This document shows positions 41,430-55,008 of a stretch of 64,000 nt of DNA, piece by piece; position 1 is the first letter of the stretch; every line of letters begins with the position of its first letter. The notes below the pieces were generated by a model. The model was not told the DNA's origin. It did no database searches and worked only from the letters and a program-made list of their open reading frames with translations. The stretch is from Octopus bimaculoides (taxonomy: Eukaryota), in assembly GCF_001194135.2 (NCBI RefSeq), contig NC_069003.1, positions 1,319,058 through 1,383,057 on the forward strand. Direction: 5' to 3'. A program made the translations under genes and the position numbers.

Positions 41430-42373
41430 TCACATATATATCTGAGTGTGTGTTTGTGTTTGAGTGTGTCTTTGTATGTCTATGGATATGCATCTATATA
41501 AACATATCGGTATATATCTAGATGGTTTACTTTATTTTGCGCCCACCCAAACGTCGCTTCGTTTATGCAACACAAAATATGTAAAAAGATAAGCTAAGTG
41601 CTTTCTAAATTTATAACTAATTGCAATTACAATTATATTACTTTCTTTACTTTTACAAATTTCCTAACTTATTTTGTATTAATCTTAGAGGGGAAAACGT
41701 CAAAATACATCGCACTTGTATAATCTTTTAACCAATAGNNNNNNNNNNNNNNNNNNNNNNNNNNNNNNNNNNNNNNNNNNNNNNNNNNNNNNNNNNNNNN
41801 NNNNNNNNNNNNNNNNNNNNNNNNNNNNNNNNNNNNNNNNNNNNNNNNNNNNNNNNNNNNNNNNNNNNNNNNNNNNNNNNNNNNNNNNNNNNNNNNNNNN
41901 NNNNNNNNNNNNNNNNNNNNNNNNNNNNNNNNNNNNNNNNNNNNNNNNNNNNNNNNNNNNNNNNNNNNNNNNNNNNNNNNNNNNNNNNNNNNNNNNNNNN
42001 NNNNNNNNNNNNNNNNNNNNNNNNNNNNNNNNNNNNNNNNNNNNNNNNNNNNNNNNNNNNNNNNNNNNNNNNNNNNNNNNNNNNNNNNNNNNNNNNNNNN
42101 NNNNNNNNNNNNNNNNNNNNNNNNNNNNNNNNNNNNNNNNNNNNNNNNNNNNNNNNNNNNNNNNNNNNNNNNNNNNNNNNNNNNNNNNNNNNNNNNNNNN
42201 NNNNNNNNNNNNNNNNNNNNNNNNNNNNNNNNNNNNNNNNNNNNNNNNNNNNNNNNNNNNNNNNNNNNNNNNNNNNNNNNNNNNNNNNNNNNNNNNNNNN
42301 NNNNNNNNNNNNNNNNNNNNNNNNNNNNNNNNNNNNNNNNNNNNNNNNNNNNNNNNNNNNNNNNNNNNNCATA

Positions 42374-42412
<39 letters not shown>

Positions 42413-42892
42413 GGAGAGAGAGAGAGAGAGAGATAGCAATAGTTTCATGAGAGACACTGAAATTTTTACAACACCATTTCAATTCAATTTGTTAGCTTCT
42501 CGATGCTTTTGAAGAGTAGAATGTTTTCTTTATATCACACAAATTACGTGACGTTTTCTATGACGTGGCTTCATCCAACGTTCCCATTGGGCGCTGCTAA
42601 AATATGGATGTAAGTTACAATTCAGTACAGCTTTCCCTATAATTATCAATCGCTCTCTTCCCATCCGTACTGCAACCCTCCTAACTCTTCAGAAACAGAA
42701 TTTCCGATGCATTCCACTGAACTGAATATTACTTATATCGCCATGGTTTCTTCTAGCACATAGCATGCAATTATATCGACAGAGTTACTTTTTTAACTAC
42801 GTAGTAGTTTGCGGACTTGCTGGATCAAACACACCCATGTTTTGCAAACCGTAACACTAAATGCAACATATAATCTATAAAAATGATTCTGG

Positions 42893-42949
<57 letters not shown>

Positions 42950-44295
42950 TATATAAATTTACGTTCTCGTATGATATGTATATTGATGGTTGCTACTAAA
43001 GTCAGTGACATTTATATAGACTTAGGAACATTCTTATATAATACTGATATTCGTTCGAGTTATATACAACCTTTTGACATACGACAGAGTCGTCAACCAA
43101 AGTGGATAAAATATCTACGGCTTCTGCTGGTGCTACTACTACTACTACTGCTACTACTACTGCTGCTGCTGCTGCCGCCGCCGGACATTGTTGTGGTGAA
43201 TAAAAATTAAGAACAAGTATGAAAGTACCGAGATATAAGTAAGTAAATAAATAAATAATAATAATAATGGGGAGGCGGAGGTGGAAGAGGGATAGAACGT
43301 AAGAGAACTTGAATATTCACTTCCTGCTCCGTCATTTATTCTGAGAATCATTTAGAACGACAGAAAAAATAGAAGAATTATATTTAGTAGTTTACTCTGA
43401 GATTCATTTGATCGCACCCCCACCCCAGAAAAATAAAAAGCAAAGTTGCCTTCAGTTACGTTGGAACTCTGAAACGTAGAGGAACATCAAAGTTGTTGGG
43501 AGGAAAATACAAAAGGAAACTCAGCAGAAGGAATTGCATCGTAGAGAAATTATTGACTGTCGAGTCCAACGCTTAAAAAACAAAACTTACAACTCTTATA
43601 CCAGAGATTAAAATATGAAAGAAATATTTTTATAAATGGAACTGTCATTTGAAAGTCCGGTATCAGCTCCAAGCTTCAATACGAATGTCACAACGGAAAA
43701 TAAATAACCTTAAACAAATGCTGAGAAGTCTAGCAATTGTGAGTAAAAAAAAAAAAAAAAATGAACGGCAACAGATTCAGTGGGATCACATCTGTCAGAA
43801 TCTTGCAAGAGTACAAAGAAAATGTTTGACACTTCATAGTAAACAATATCATAAATAAAGGAACAGATGTGGACGGGTGTGTCTAAAGCCCTCCTCTGGT
43901 TAAAAAAAAAGGGAAAACGTTGAATTATTCCATTGTGTCTGTTCCAAAAATCATACAGCAAAAAATTACAAGGGCATAATATATATTTCATGCATGCACG
44001 CACACAGTCCTCACACCCAAATATGCAGATACATACACACATGATATAATTTATGTATGTAAGTGTTTGCATAAGTGTAAACAGGCATTTATGATTGCTT
44101 TGAGAAACCTAAGAAGTGAGGAGTGATTTGATAATATCACCATCTTGCTCGTAAATTTTTAACCCCCATGCGCCATCCGTCGTGGTCCTATATTACCTGA
44201 TTAAGGACTTCAGGAAGCCATTGAGTATCTCTGGTGAGTTGATCTACACATGTTGTTTTCGGACGAACTATTCTAATACGGCCATTATTTTGGCA

Positions 44296-45148
44296 TACCG
44301 GGTGATATCAAAAAGTTCCCTGACAAACTCTGCAGCGCGCCAACAGATGGCAGCAGATAGTTGCGTGCGCATGAGAACTAGCGGTGCGCTTCATGCGGCA
44401 CTGTACCGAGTTACATCACTTTCTCTAGATCGCGAGTTGGGAAGTTTGTTTCTGTTACCACGTGTAGTCTGCGATTTTGTCTTGGACAAGAAGTTGGAAT
44501 AAAGGGTCAGCATGGAATTTAGCGTTAAACTTGGGAGTCTTCAACCGTGACATTGTGTAAGCTTACGGCATCGAGGAAATAGGTCGTATGCTGTGTTTAG
44601 AGTTGCACGGGCATTTCAAAAGCGGAAAAAAAACGTTCCTGGAAAACAATGAACGATTGGAAGACTTGCCACGGGCTTAACCCCCAGAAATTCTTCTTCA
44701 GGAACGGACTGTCAATCGAAAGTTCTACAGTGACTTTTTGATGCATTTTGGAGAGTACATTCGCTGTGGAGCGTGAAGAACTAAATATTTCACGATTCAC
44801 CCTGTCTCCGAGCTCTCCTCACTCGTGAGATTCTCGCCAGAAACAACATGGTATCACTTCCACCAGATTTTTTCCCTTGCGGACTTCTATCTCTTTCCCA
44901 AGATGAAAATTCAGCACAATGGTCGCCGTTTAAACACCGTTGTTGAGATCCAGAGGAAATCATGGAGGGTTATCGACTCGCTTTGGGGAAATATTTTCCA
45001 GGCCTGATTCCAAAAGCGACAGTAACACCTGGACCGGTGTTTTGGTGTGCAAGTTGACTATTTCGAAGATTATGATAAAACGTAGGTAAATGAATTGCTT
45101 TTTTTATTAAACATAACCAGTACGGAAACGTTTTGATACCACCTCGTA
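44296..45148 (+). mobile_element. Internally deleted mariner with both TIRs and TA target sites (irritans/Hsmar2-like ends)
   Basis: Left TA-ccgggtgatatcaaaaagttccc; right reverse complement TA-cgaggtggtatcaaaacgtttcc. Remnants include LE*RVSMEFSVKLG, TVNRKFY, LTREILARNNM, ADFYLFPKMK (third D), GRRLNTVVEIQ and DRCFGVQVDYFE. Confidence 0.93.
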
Positions 45149-45850
45149 CAAAGCAGTAATTCACTTGCCAGCTCTTGTTTATTTCGTCAAGAATGTCCCG
45201 CAATGCATAAGCGCCTCCCTTACAATGTAGAAAACAAGTAGAGTGTCTCGATGCAGCTGTTTCTTGGTGAAATAAATTCTTCAAGACATGTTTAACATAT
45301 ATGAATATTAATAAATTCACGTAGTAAACGAAATATTTATGTACAACAAAATATTCTTATATCGTAGAATATCCATCTCAAATATCTATAAACAAATCCT
45401 AGCTGTTCTTTTCACGGTACCTTCAGTTCTCTTTAGATGAAAATATTCATGGAAGATCTGGAAAAATGTCATTAAAAGAATTCCTCTGAATCTGTTTAAA
45501 ATAGTTTAGTGTTCAATTTTCAGACACCTTTAACCCGCCAAAGTTTTAAATTTACTGTTTCCATTGTTTTTTTTTTCTTTTATTGTTTTGTAATTTCGTG
45601 GAATATTTTTCTTTAATGTCTCCTACATAGCGAAAATCCTACTGAGAATTTTATATATTCCTTTCCTGGCCAAACCTCTACGTTTCATTACAAGCATTCT
45701 GCTCACTCTATTTTGGTTTTACTTTTTATCCTAATAACCTAAAATTCTTCAACAAAATATTTCACGATCAGAACACAACATTCGGAAATTTATCATTCTA
45801 TTCCCGAGAGAAATTTCAATCGCCGCTTACACATTCCAATGTAATCGAAA

Positions 45851-45886
<36 letters not shown>

Positions 45887-48250
45887 CAGAGAATAGACCA
45901 ACATGAGTTTAAGATATTCATCATATTATATTCAAATGTCGAAAAATATTTCCCAACACTCTCTAGTAATTAAGTCTTTGCACAAACCTTTATTTCTGTA
46001 TATTCTGTTATAGAATAGACTAGCAAATATGAATACAGCCCGTTACATATTATTCAAGTATATTAGTACAAAGTATTAAATACTATACAGAATGTATGGG
46101 TCCCTTGCGCAATAAGCAAAAGAGAGCGATGGTGTATTTATGGGAAATAAAATTTCAAGTAATTTTTTAGATATAATAATTTATATATTATAAGACAGTA
46201 TGTAATACTGGACAACAATTTTTAACATAATGTCTGTTTAGTACGACTCTTCACTTGATTTGCATTAAAATTGGTTGATTTCAAAACGATGGTTATTTTG
46301 TCTTCAGTCACATCAATCTTTTTTTCTTACAATTTACTCGCTGAATACGAAAAGTTATATTGTTTGCACGGAAATAATAGGATTGGTCAGCCGACTGTTT
46401 TCCTCATCTTAATGATAAGGAGTGAGCATTTGTCAGATCTGACGATTTTCTGTTGAGCTTTGGAAAGTATGGCAGCTGAGGGACAGTATAAAATCTCCCT
46501 CTAAATCGTAAATCACGATTATTGACCAATCAAATATCTTTGGTGGTCTTCGATCCTTGACAATCGAAGTCGTGCCTAATTCAGCAGCAACCCAGGGGAC
46601 ACTCATCACTCAGTTGCTGTCTCTTTAATAATTGGATGAGAGAGAATTTTGCGACACCAATCATGAGCATTTTGAAACGTGCCAGAATGTGATACAACGG
46701 AAAGGGCGTTCCGTTGTGTAATACACTTTCATACACTATATTATGTCGGAGTATGTAAAGTATATATACACAGACACATCCACAAAGAAAANNNNNNNNN
46801 NNNNNNNNNNNNNNNNNNNNNNNNNNNNNNNNNNNNNNNNNNNNNNNNNNNNNNNNNNNNNNNNNNNNNNNNNNNNNNNNNNNNNNNNNNNTATATATAT
46901 ATACATACATAACATACACACAGCTTACGATATAAAGCGTTGTTTAATGAAAAGTATCAGCAAAATATATTTCCTACAAAATGATAGTACTGAGAAGAAA
47001 AACACAATCATAACCACACATATAGAGAATCAGGCAGAAGGAGACTGGCAAATGCACGCACACACACACACGCACACATACACACGGCACACACGCTCCA
47101 CACCACACACACCTACGCACAAACAAACAGACTGACACACGCACCCAGGCGTCCGCGCACGTAAATATGTAGGCGGTACTTCTACAATGGCTGTCAGTAC
47201 TGTCAAAATGCGTTTGCTAGGAATTCATTTATCAAGGTAAGCTTTTATGCTATGTTGGCATCTTTTACCTGAGGATAGGAATAGCGATAATGAAGAGATG
47301 ATGACGATGAAGGTGATTGTTATTAGGAGGATGCTCATGCTGCTAGTGATGATGAAGNNNNNNNNNNNNNNNNNNNNNNNNNNNNNNNNNNNNNNNNNNN
47401 NNNNNNNNNNNNNNNNNNNNNNNNNNNNNNNNNNNNNNNNNNNNNNNNNNNNNNNNNNNNNNNNNNNNNNNNNNNNNNNNNNNNNNNNNNNNNNNNNNNN
47501 NNNNNNNNNNNNNNNNNNNNNNNNNNNNNNNNNNNNNNNNNNNNNNNNNNNNNNNNNNNNNNNNNNNNNNNNNNNNNNNNNNNNNNNNNNNNNNNNNNNN
47601 NNNNNNNNNNNNNNNNNNNNNNNNNNNNNNNNNNNNNNNNNNNNNNNNNNNNNNNNNNNNNNNNNNNNNNNNNNNNNNNNNNNNNNNNNNNNNNNNNNNN
47701 NNNNNNNNNNNNNNNNNNNNNNNNNNNNNNNNNNNNNNNNNNNNNNNNNNNNNNNNNNNNNNNNNNNNNNNNNNNNNNNNNNNNNNNNNNNNNNNNNNNN
47801 NNNNNNNNNNNNNNNNNNNNNNATGTGCATGTACACACATACATGTATACAAAAGTGAGAGATTGATGGAAAGACAGACAGACAGAAAAAAAAACAGTCG
47901 GAGATAGAGACGTACACACAAAGACTAATACACACATATCACACACAAATACACGATCACATACACACACAAGAGACGCACACTCATATACAGATACACA
48001 CACATATGCAAATACATAAAAATATGCATTTATGTACATATATGTGTGCTTGTGTGCATGTGTGTCTGTGTATGTGCGCTCATGATTAAGTCATCGCCAA
48101 CTTATGGGATTTACTATCTCAGATATATCTAGCCATGTCTCACTTCCTCTTCTGTTTTGGAGATTACTTTGTCTCAAACATACGTACTTTGTTTACATGT
48201 CAATATGCAAATCTGTATATTTGCGAATTGGTACTCAGCCAGTTGTAAAC

Positions 48251-48470
48251 TTTCCTTTTCTCCTCTAGGCACAAGGCCTGAAATTTTTGGGGTGGGGTGG
48301 GGGACAGTCGATTAGATCGACTACTGTACGCAACTGGTACGTAATTTATCGACCCCAAAAGGATGAAAGACACAATTGACCTCGGCGGAATTTGAACTCA
48401 GAACCTAAAGACTGACAAAATACTGCAAAGCATTTCGCCCCGCGTGCTAACATTTCTGCCAGCTCGTCGC
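48251..48470 (-). mobile_element. SINE family A, full length
   Basis: Reverse complement has the A-box gagctggcagaaatgttagc, B-box gagttcaaattccgccgagg, and body tcatccttttggggtcgataaa...gtaccagtt. Confidence 0.93.
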
Positions 48471-48994
48471 ATTATTCAGTTATAATGTCTTGTGGTAATA
48501 ATTCACCTCCCGCGGATTTCAACTTGGCATTTTATTAGTTGTAAGGTATTAAATATAGTACAGATCTAGTGAAGTGTGGTTATGAATGTGATGGTGCATC
48601 GAAAAAAATCTCCTTCGACATCTATAAACCAAGTGTGTTCCTTGTATTCGATTTTTATACCACAATCCGTGATAATTGTTCTCATCATGGAAAACTATAC
48701 TCTATAAATATCATATTGCAATTCATTTTATACAATAAATTTTCATATTGAGCATTCCGTTGCATTTATCAAAACAAATTGTTTGCTACGGGACACTATA
48801 TAGAGTTTGTATTTCATGTTAGACTTATAAGAAATGGCAGCAAAATCGATAGGAAGTTACTGCTTTTTAGCAGTGTATTTCTATATATGCAATCAAGGCC
48901 ATTGAACGGCGTTATCAACAAAGACGCAAACACCACATTCTTAGAAAAAAAAAAAAAAGAAATATACATGAAATAGCCATCAGATGTAACTTAC

Positions 48995-49057
48995 TTCACA
49001 TTGCTATTATAATATGGAAGAAAAAAGACTGATAACGGAGTTTGAGGTTCGTTATAC
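48995..49057 (-). CDS. Candidate 63-nt internal exon
   Basis: Acceptor cttcattccctctttcag| and donor GAA|gtaagt. One open frame, phase 2 to 2: YNEPQTPLSVFFLPYYNSNV. Confidence 0.3.
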
Positions 49058-51198
49058 CTGAAAGAGGGAATGAAGATCAGATTGAAGCGAATTTTCACAT
49101 TAATGGCTTAGGTGACGGCTGACATTGGGTTAAACAGATCAATCAGTCAATAACGACGTCAGCAATTATCAATCTACGAAGTGAAAACCATTTCAACAGA
49201 GTCAATTATTTTATAGACGAGACCTCTTCATGAAAGATTTCCAAATAAATAAAACCAGACATAAAAATAAAATTCTCCATTATCAGACGACGAGAATGGA
49301 CATTCTCTGAAAAGTTATTGCAAAATTGATGGTATTATAGCATTACGTTGCTGAAAGTGAATTTATTTACATTTTCAACTTGATTTACCTTCGAGAGAAA
49401 TATAAGATACCAAATATTATGTGTAATATATACAGTTTCGATTTTGTGGTTTAGTAGAATACTTTGCATATTTGAGGTACTTTGTGTCAGATTTACTGCG
49501 AGGCAGTTTGTGCAAGGCTTCCCGTGGGACGACAACTGTATTGTGAGTGAATTTGTTAAAGGGGAAACCATACAGAAGACTATTGTGGTTGAGTTAGAGA
49601 GCATGTGTGCGCGAGTGCCCGCGCGCGTGTGTTTGTGATTGTGCATGCATACTTGAGAGTATGTATTTGTGGCAGTCCGCATGAGAACAAATATCAGTTT
49701 AGAAAATTACTATTTTAAAATATAACAACATGAGTTATTCAGCAACAGTACTTTGTAGTGAAGATTGTTTGCCAACATAACATGGCAGTCCTGGTTTAGG
49801 ATAAATGTTGCTGTAATGTAGCCCCAGGAGACATCGTCTCCAGCTGGCCATACGGCACGATCTGTGTTCTTATATTTTCCAACAAGAGAATCTAGCATCC
49901 GTACTCAGCAACATTCCTCCTAAACACCAACAAAAAACCCCCACTGAATCCCCAAACAACAAATGTCTTACCTTGTAGTTGCGCGTCACTAGTTCAATAA
50001 TTCACGACGCTGCACACCAGCGTTGTGACTCCTCTCATTGCAAGCCTCTTACTTCTGCGCCTATATATATATATATATATATNNNNNNNNNNNNNNNNNN
50101 NNNNNNNNNNNNNNNNNNNNNNNNNNNNNNNNNNNNNNNNNNNNNNNNNNNNNNNNNNNNNNNNNNNNNNNNNNNNNNNNNNNNNNNNNNNNNNNNNNNN
50201 NNATATATATATATATATATAAGTGTTGTTCTTGCATGACTACAGTCAAATAACTTAAACTAGTAAAATAAGAAAAGAGTATATATTCACCAATCTGACT
50301 AGTTTCCTCACCAAGAAACTAAGTTTCACCTGTTGATCTCAGAAATTACAGAACTCTTAATTTATCGTTTATAGAGATGGGATAAAACTGATTTCAAAGC
50401 CCCGAATTGAAATCTATACAACCAATTCAAAAGAAGAAAGAATTTAAATATAATGAGCAGCATCTTAGATGAAATGCTATTCGTTCTTTTGTCCCTGGCC
50501 ATTTATCTGGCGCTCATTATTCGCCTGACGATCTCATTACGTTTCCTCTTAACGCATAAGAATGAAGAACGCACCTTGTCTTTATTTACAGATATTTCAC
50601 TTTATATTTACAACAAATCGAGGAAACAAGATTCCCGTGTTGTTTGCTGTTGCTCATATTTACAGTTCATGTTGTTACGCCTAACATCCATCCTTATAAA
50701 CTAAATCTATCGTTAATTTTGTTCCAGCACTGCCTATCCAATACACATTTTGCTATTTTCTTTTTTTTTTACAGGCACATAACAAACGTGCCCTTCCTTT
50801 TCATTATTTATATCGGTGGAATGTGGTTTGAGAAGAATTTCGTTATGTCTATGTACCACGAAAACCATCTGATTATTGGCATATTCCATTGGCTCAGCGG
50901 CAATCCGCCGGTTAATTAGTTAAAGCGTATAACTTACTGTAAAATGCTTTGCATACTTACTACTTAACAGACTCTTAATTGCTAAATTTCTAGACCACTT
51001 AGCGAATTTAAACACCAGACACGCGTATATTGTGATTGCTGTCAAAGATTTTCAAACTTTACTAAACGCTGTCAAATTTTTCTGCCAATTAACTTTATCA
51101 AATAAATAGCTTGCTGATATGTCTTAGCGAAAATGTACAACGTAAACCATTATTAATTCATATGTGAACGCATTCGCATAAACATGTAAATAGATGTG

Positions 51199-51237
<39 letters not shown>

Positions 51238-51258
51238 TCATATATATTATGATATATA

Positions 51259-51340
51259 TACAGTGTTGGCCAAAAGTCACCTGACAGTATATCAAAACCA
51301 TTTAATTTTAAGATTTATGTTTAACTAATGAATAAAAATA
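51259..51340 (+). mobile_element. Solo Tc1-like terminus (TA-CAGTG...)
   Basis: TAcagtgttggccaaaagtcacctgacagt; no partner TIR found in the window. Confidence 0.35.
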
Positions 51341-51389
51341 TGCATGTGTGTGTGTGTATATAGATAAATGTATATAGATATATTTACAC

Positions 51390-51420
<31 letters not shown>

Positions 51421-51879
51421 CGGACATACATACATTCATACAGCCACACACATGCGTATATATATTGCACCTAAGTTCATATACGAATAGAGCTCACACA
51501 TGTGTTAGTATGTGTGCTCGTATATTGTACATAATCGCATTTGTACCTGAGCCTGTATGCATGTGTTTGTATGCTTAAGTAGTGTTGTGTAATTTGTATC
51601 CAAATAAACGGAATACTTGAAATACAAAGATAGCATTTCTACAATGTTTTAAAATTTCTTCTCACGACACGAGCCATTATATCTTCAGCCAATGGCTTTG
51701 AGCAAAATGAAATCTATCAAAATGGCGTTTATTATGAAACATTACAGGAGATACACAATCACGCATACGAGTTGTGTTTATTGCAATCTGGATAATCCCA
51801 TGTTTATCGGAAATATCAGACCTAGCTATCATAATGTACAACCGAATACAGATGTGCTGTGTGGTACGAACTTTGCTTC

Positions 51880-52062
51880 TTAGTACAAGATAGATATTAC
51901 TGTAATCAGAAATATTCCACCCATATCCATCCCGTCAATTTCCAGTTTGGACGAAATTATGCAATCTTTTTGAGACAGTACCCGTTCGTAATCAGAGATT
52001 TTACTGTTCCTTTTAGCAGTACCGGCGCTTGTAGAAGCTCTACGTTTATGTTCTTCATTAAA
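51880..52062 (-). CDS. Candidate exon (60 codons plus stop)
   Basis: Acceptor gattattatctag| with the in-frame TAG immediately upstream. Reads FNEEHKRRASTSAGTAKRNSKISDYERVLSQKD...ILY*. Confidence 0.25.
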   Translation of the reverse strand, partial: FNEEHKRRASTSAGTAKRNSKISDYERVLSQKDCIISSKLEIDGMDMGGIFLITVISILY

Positions 52063-52609
52063 CTAGATAATAATCAATGGAATACCAGCCGTGACCATTA
52101 CGTAGTACCCTTTAAAAGCACTGCATATTTGGGTCTTCATCAAGCTATATTTTCCTTACTCTTGTCAAATAATTACGGAGAGATAAAGTTCGTAATTTTA
52201 GAAAATTAAACAAGCAGAGAGCTGTTATCTTTAGCTTAGCAACGTATTGAATTGTTATTCATTTTTAGCCCTAGGTCAAATTTGAACGCAGGCATATGCG
52301 ATCAAAAGCATTCCACCGCTGACAATTCCGTCTGTCTTTGTCATAACGAATTATGTCATGTGTTTTTATGCCATCAGGATATACAATGGGAGAGAAAGGC
52401 GGTGGAGAGATATCTCTACATGTCTACCAAACTAAATAATCAGACAACTTAGATAGATGCCCCGTCGATCGGCTGACACTTATTTCATACATTTGTGTCG
52501 ATCGAGTGGCTCCTATTTCCTACATTTGTGTCAAATCTTGAAGAAACGTCGTTACATTCTTACATTTGCGAAATATTTGTTTAAAGATTACTACAAATTT
52601 TCTCTCACT

Positions 52610-52653
<44 letters not shown>

Positions 52654-53179
52654 TCACTCTCCCTCTTTCTCTAACATTATCACACGCGACTGTCCCATTA
52701 ACGTTCGAAACGTATATAATCTGTGGTTTGAGTTAATGCCAGAATGTTTAGTAAAAATATAGAGGACGTATAACTTAGCTTTAACAGAACAGTCCTTGCG
52801 CATGGCTAACTTTCCGAACGACCATATTATGTAATTTTGATGAATTACAGAAACTGTCTAGACAGAAATTGCTGAACGGAATCCAGCTAATGCTGGTTTT
52901 AGCATTTCGCAATGAGCTAAAAGGCTAGTTGCTTTTGCCTTTGCTTGCGTCTGCATCTTATATCGATTGTGTCAAGAGACAGTGGACGTATGAGTAATGA
53001 CCGACATTAAGTAAAATTACACAAGGCTGCCTTTATAGAAATCTCCTGTATCAAGTGATATTGGTGACTTGCTTATACGTCTGACTTGATTAAGAATTTC
53101 GAGGAGTTTCTAATATATTTTGACGGCTGGAATCATACCAAATTGAAGACAATTTATTTGTAATTGTTATTTTGTTGTC

Positions 53180-53310
53180 AGTGGTGTGAAAGCGTCGAAC
53201 AAATTGCATTGTCGTATCACGTTACGGCCGTTTCCGTTCTGAGTTCAAATACTGCCGAGATCATTTCCGCTTCTAGAATTTCTGAAGATCGATAAAATAA
53301 TGAAATGAAG
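53180..53310 (+). mobile_element. Degenerate SINE (family A)
   Basis: ccgttctgagttcaaatactgccgag (B-box) ... gatcgataaaataa. Confidence 0.7.
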
Positions 53311-53820
53311 TAACAATCATGAACTGGCATCGATATATAATTGATACTCAAATTGTGGTATATACTGAGTGATGAGTTGTACCTACTATACACAAAAAAA
53401 ACAAAAAACGGACGCACAGAATGCCAGTTCTACTCAGTAACTATTATCTGCACCAGTTTCTACTGAGTTAAGTGGATTAAAGAGTCTCTACTTCATAACA
53501 ATGGCTAACAACTTACAAGTGAATTGATTATGCTTTCAATGTTTGATATTTATATGGCGGATGTTTCGGAGTGGAGGTCTGTGAATTAAAACGTCCAAGG
53601 GTTTAATAATATCGACTGCACATGGATCAGAACTTGCATTCATACATAAGGGAGTAACGCGAAATACTAAAAAAAAAAAACTTGACGTAAAGCCTGCAAT
53701 GTCACCTGTTCTTAGTCATGTACAAGATATAAAAGCGAACGGGTGTGTACGAAAAATGTCATGGTATACGTATCATGTGTGTGTGTATCTATGTGTGTAT
53801 CTGCGTGTGTGAGTGTGTGA

Positions 53821-53857
<37 letters not shown>

Positions 53858-53880
53858 TACGAGTGATAACNNNNNNNNNN

Positions 53881-53924
<44 letters not shown>

Positions 53925-54214
53925 TACGAGTGATAACATTTTACACAGATATATAGTGACAAATATTAATGTCACGTCTTTGAGAATTCTGCTTTGTTAT
54001 CTGATTTCAGCAAGGTTATTACCAAAAATAGCATAAGTATTAATACAGGCAGATAAACACAAATACACATATATGAATGCACACACACACACACACACAT
54101 ACATACAGACACATAAATGCCCACACTCGGACTCGTGCATATACGTTTGCACTTATATATATAGAAGCTAACAGAAGGATGTATAATTATATACACACAT
54201 ATTTATGTGAATAA

Positions 54215-54253
<39 letters not shown>

Positions 54254-54854
54254 TATAGATCGTTTTAAATATATATATATATATATATACACATACATAC
54301 TGGCAGAAATAGTAATTATAAAGATACTCTAGCTTTATTTATGTAAGCACACACACATATACAAAGAGTTGCATAAGATAGAGTTGCATAATCTGTTAAA
54401 AACACTTGTACACACCCAGTTTCATGTATATTTACATGTCTTCGCAACTATTTCTATTTTTGTAAAGTATTATGAAAGGGGTCAGCTAACAGTTTAAAAA
54501 TAATATAACAGATAACAATCATTGCAATATCATATTTAAAAAAGATTATGGATGTATTCTATGCATTTTGGCAAGCATATAAGTTCGTGGCACTCCCCTG
54601 GATTCATATGTCCCTTGGTGGTGGTGGGGGATACAAATAACGTTTTCGTATTATAAATTGATTATATTTTTACAACACAAAATAATTTAACTCTTTTCTT
54701 ATAAATTTACTTGCAATATAGAATTCGAAAATATAACAGAATCCTTCCGAGTTAAATAGCAATGAAAGGGGCCCAAGGTGAAATTATATTAGGGAACCAC
54801 TGATTTCATTTCTAGAGACTTACACCGTAAGGAAATATTTAAAAAAACTTCTTT

Positions 54855-55008
54855 AAGCGCAGCTGTGGCCGTGTGGTAAGAAACGTGCTTCCCAATCACG
54901 TGGTTCTGCCTTCAGATTTATCTTTCTGTGTGGCCTTCAACCAGTGTCTTATACTATAGGCTCTGGCCAACCAAAGCCTTGTTGGTGGATTTGGTAATCG
55001 GAGAGAGA
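54855..55008 (+). mobile_element. SINE family B, 5' half
   Basis: aagcgcagctgtggccgtgtggtaagaaacgtgcttcccaatcacgtggttc...ccaaagccttgttggtggatttggta. Confidence 0.85.

Noticed and set aside
44137-44165. DNITILLVNF, resembling the PP2C C-terminal motif
   Set aside because: An in-frame stop lies immediately upstream with no usable acceptor.
52883-52932. Small overlapping hairpins followed by a T-rich run
   Set aside because: Stems of 4-6 bp are expected by chance, and intrinsic terminators are not relevant in this eukaryotic context.
53850-53937. Direct repeat (TG)n-tacgtacgagtgataac on both sides of a 10-N gap
   Set aside because: Most likely an unmerged contig overlap (assembly artefact).
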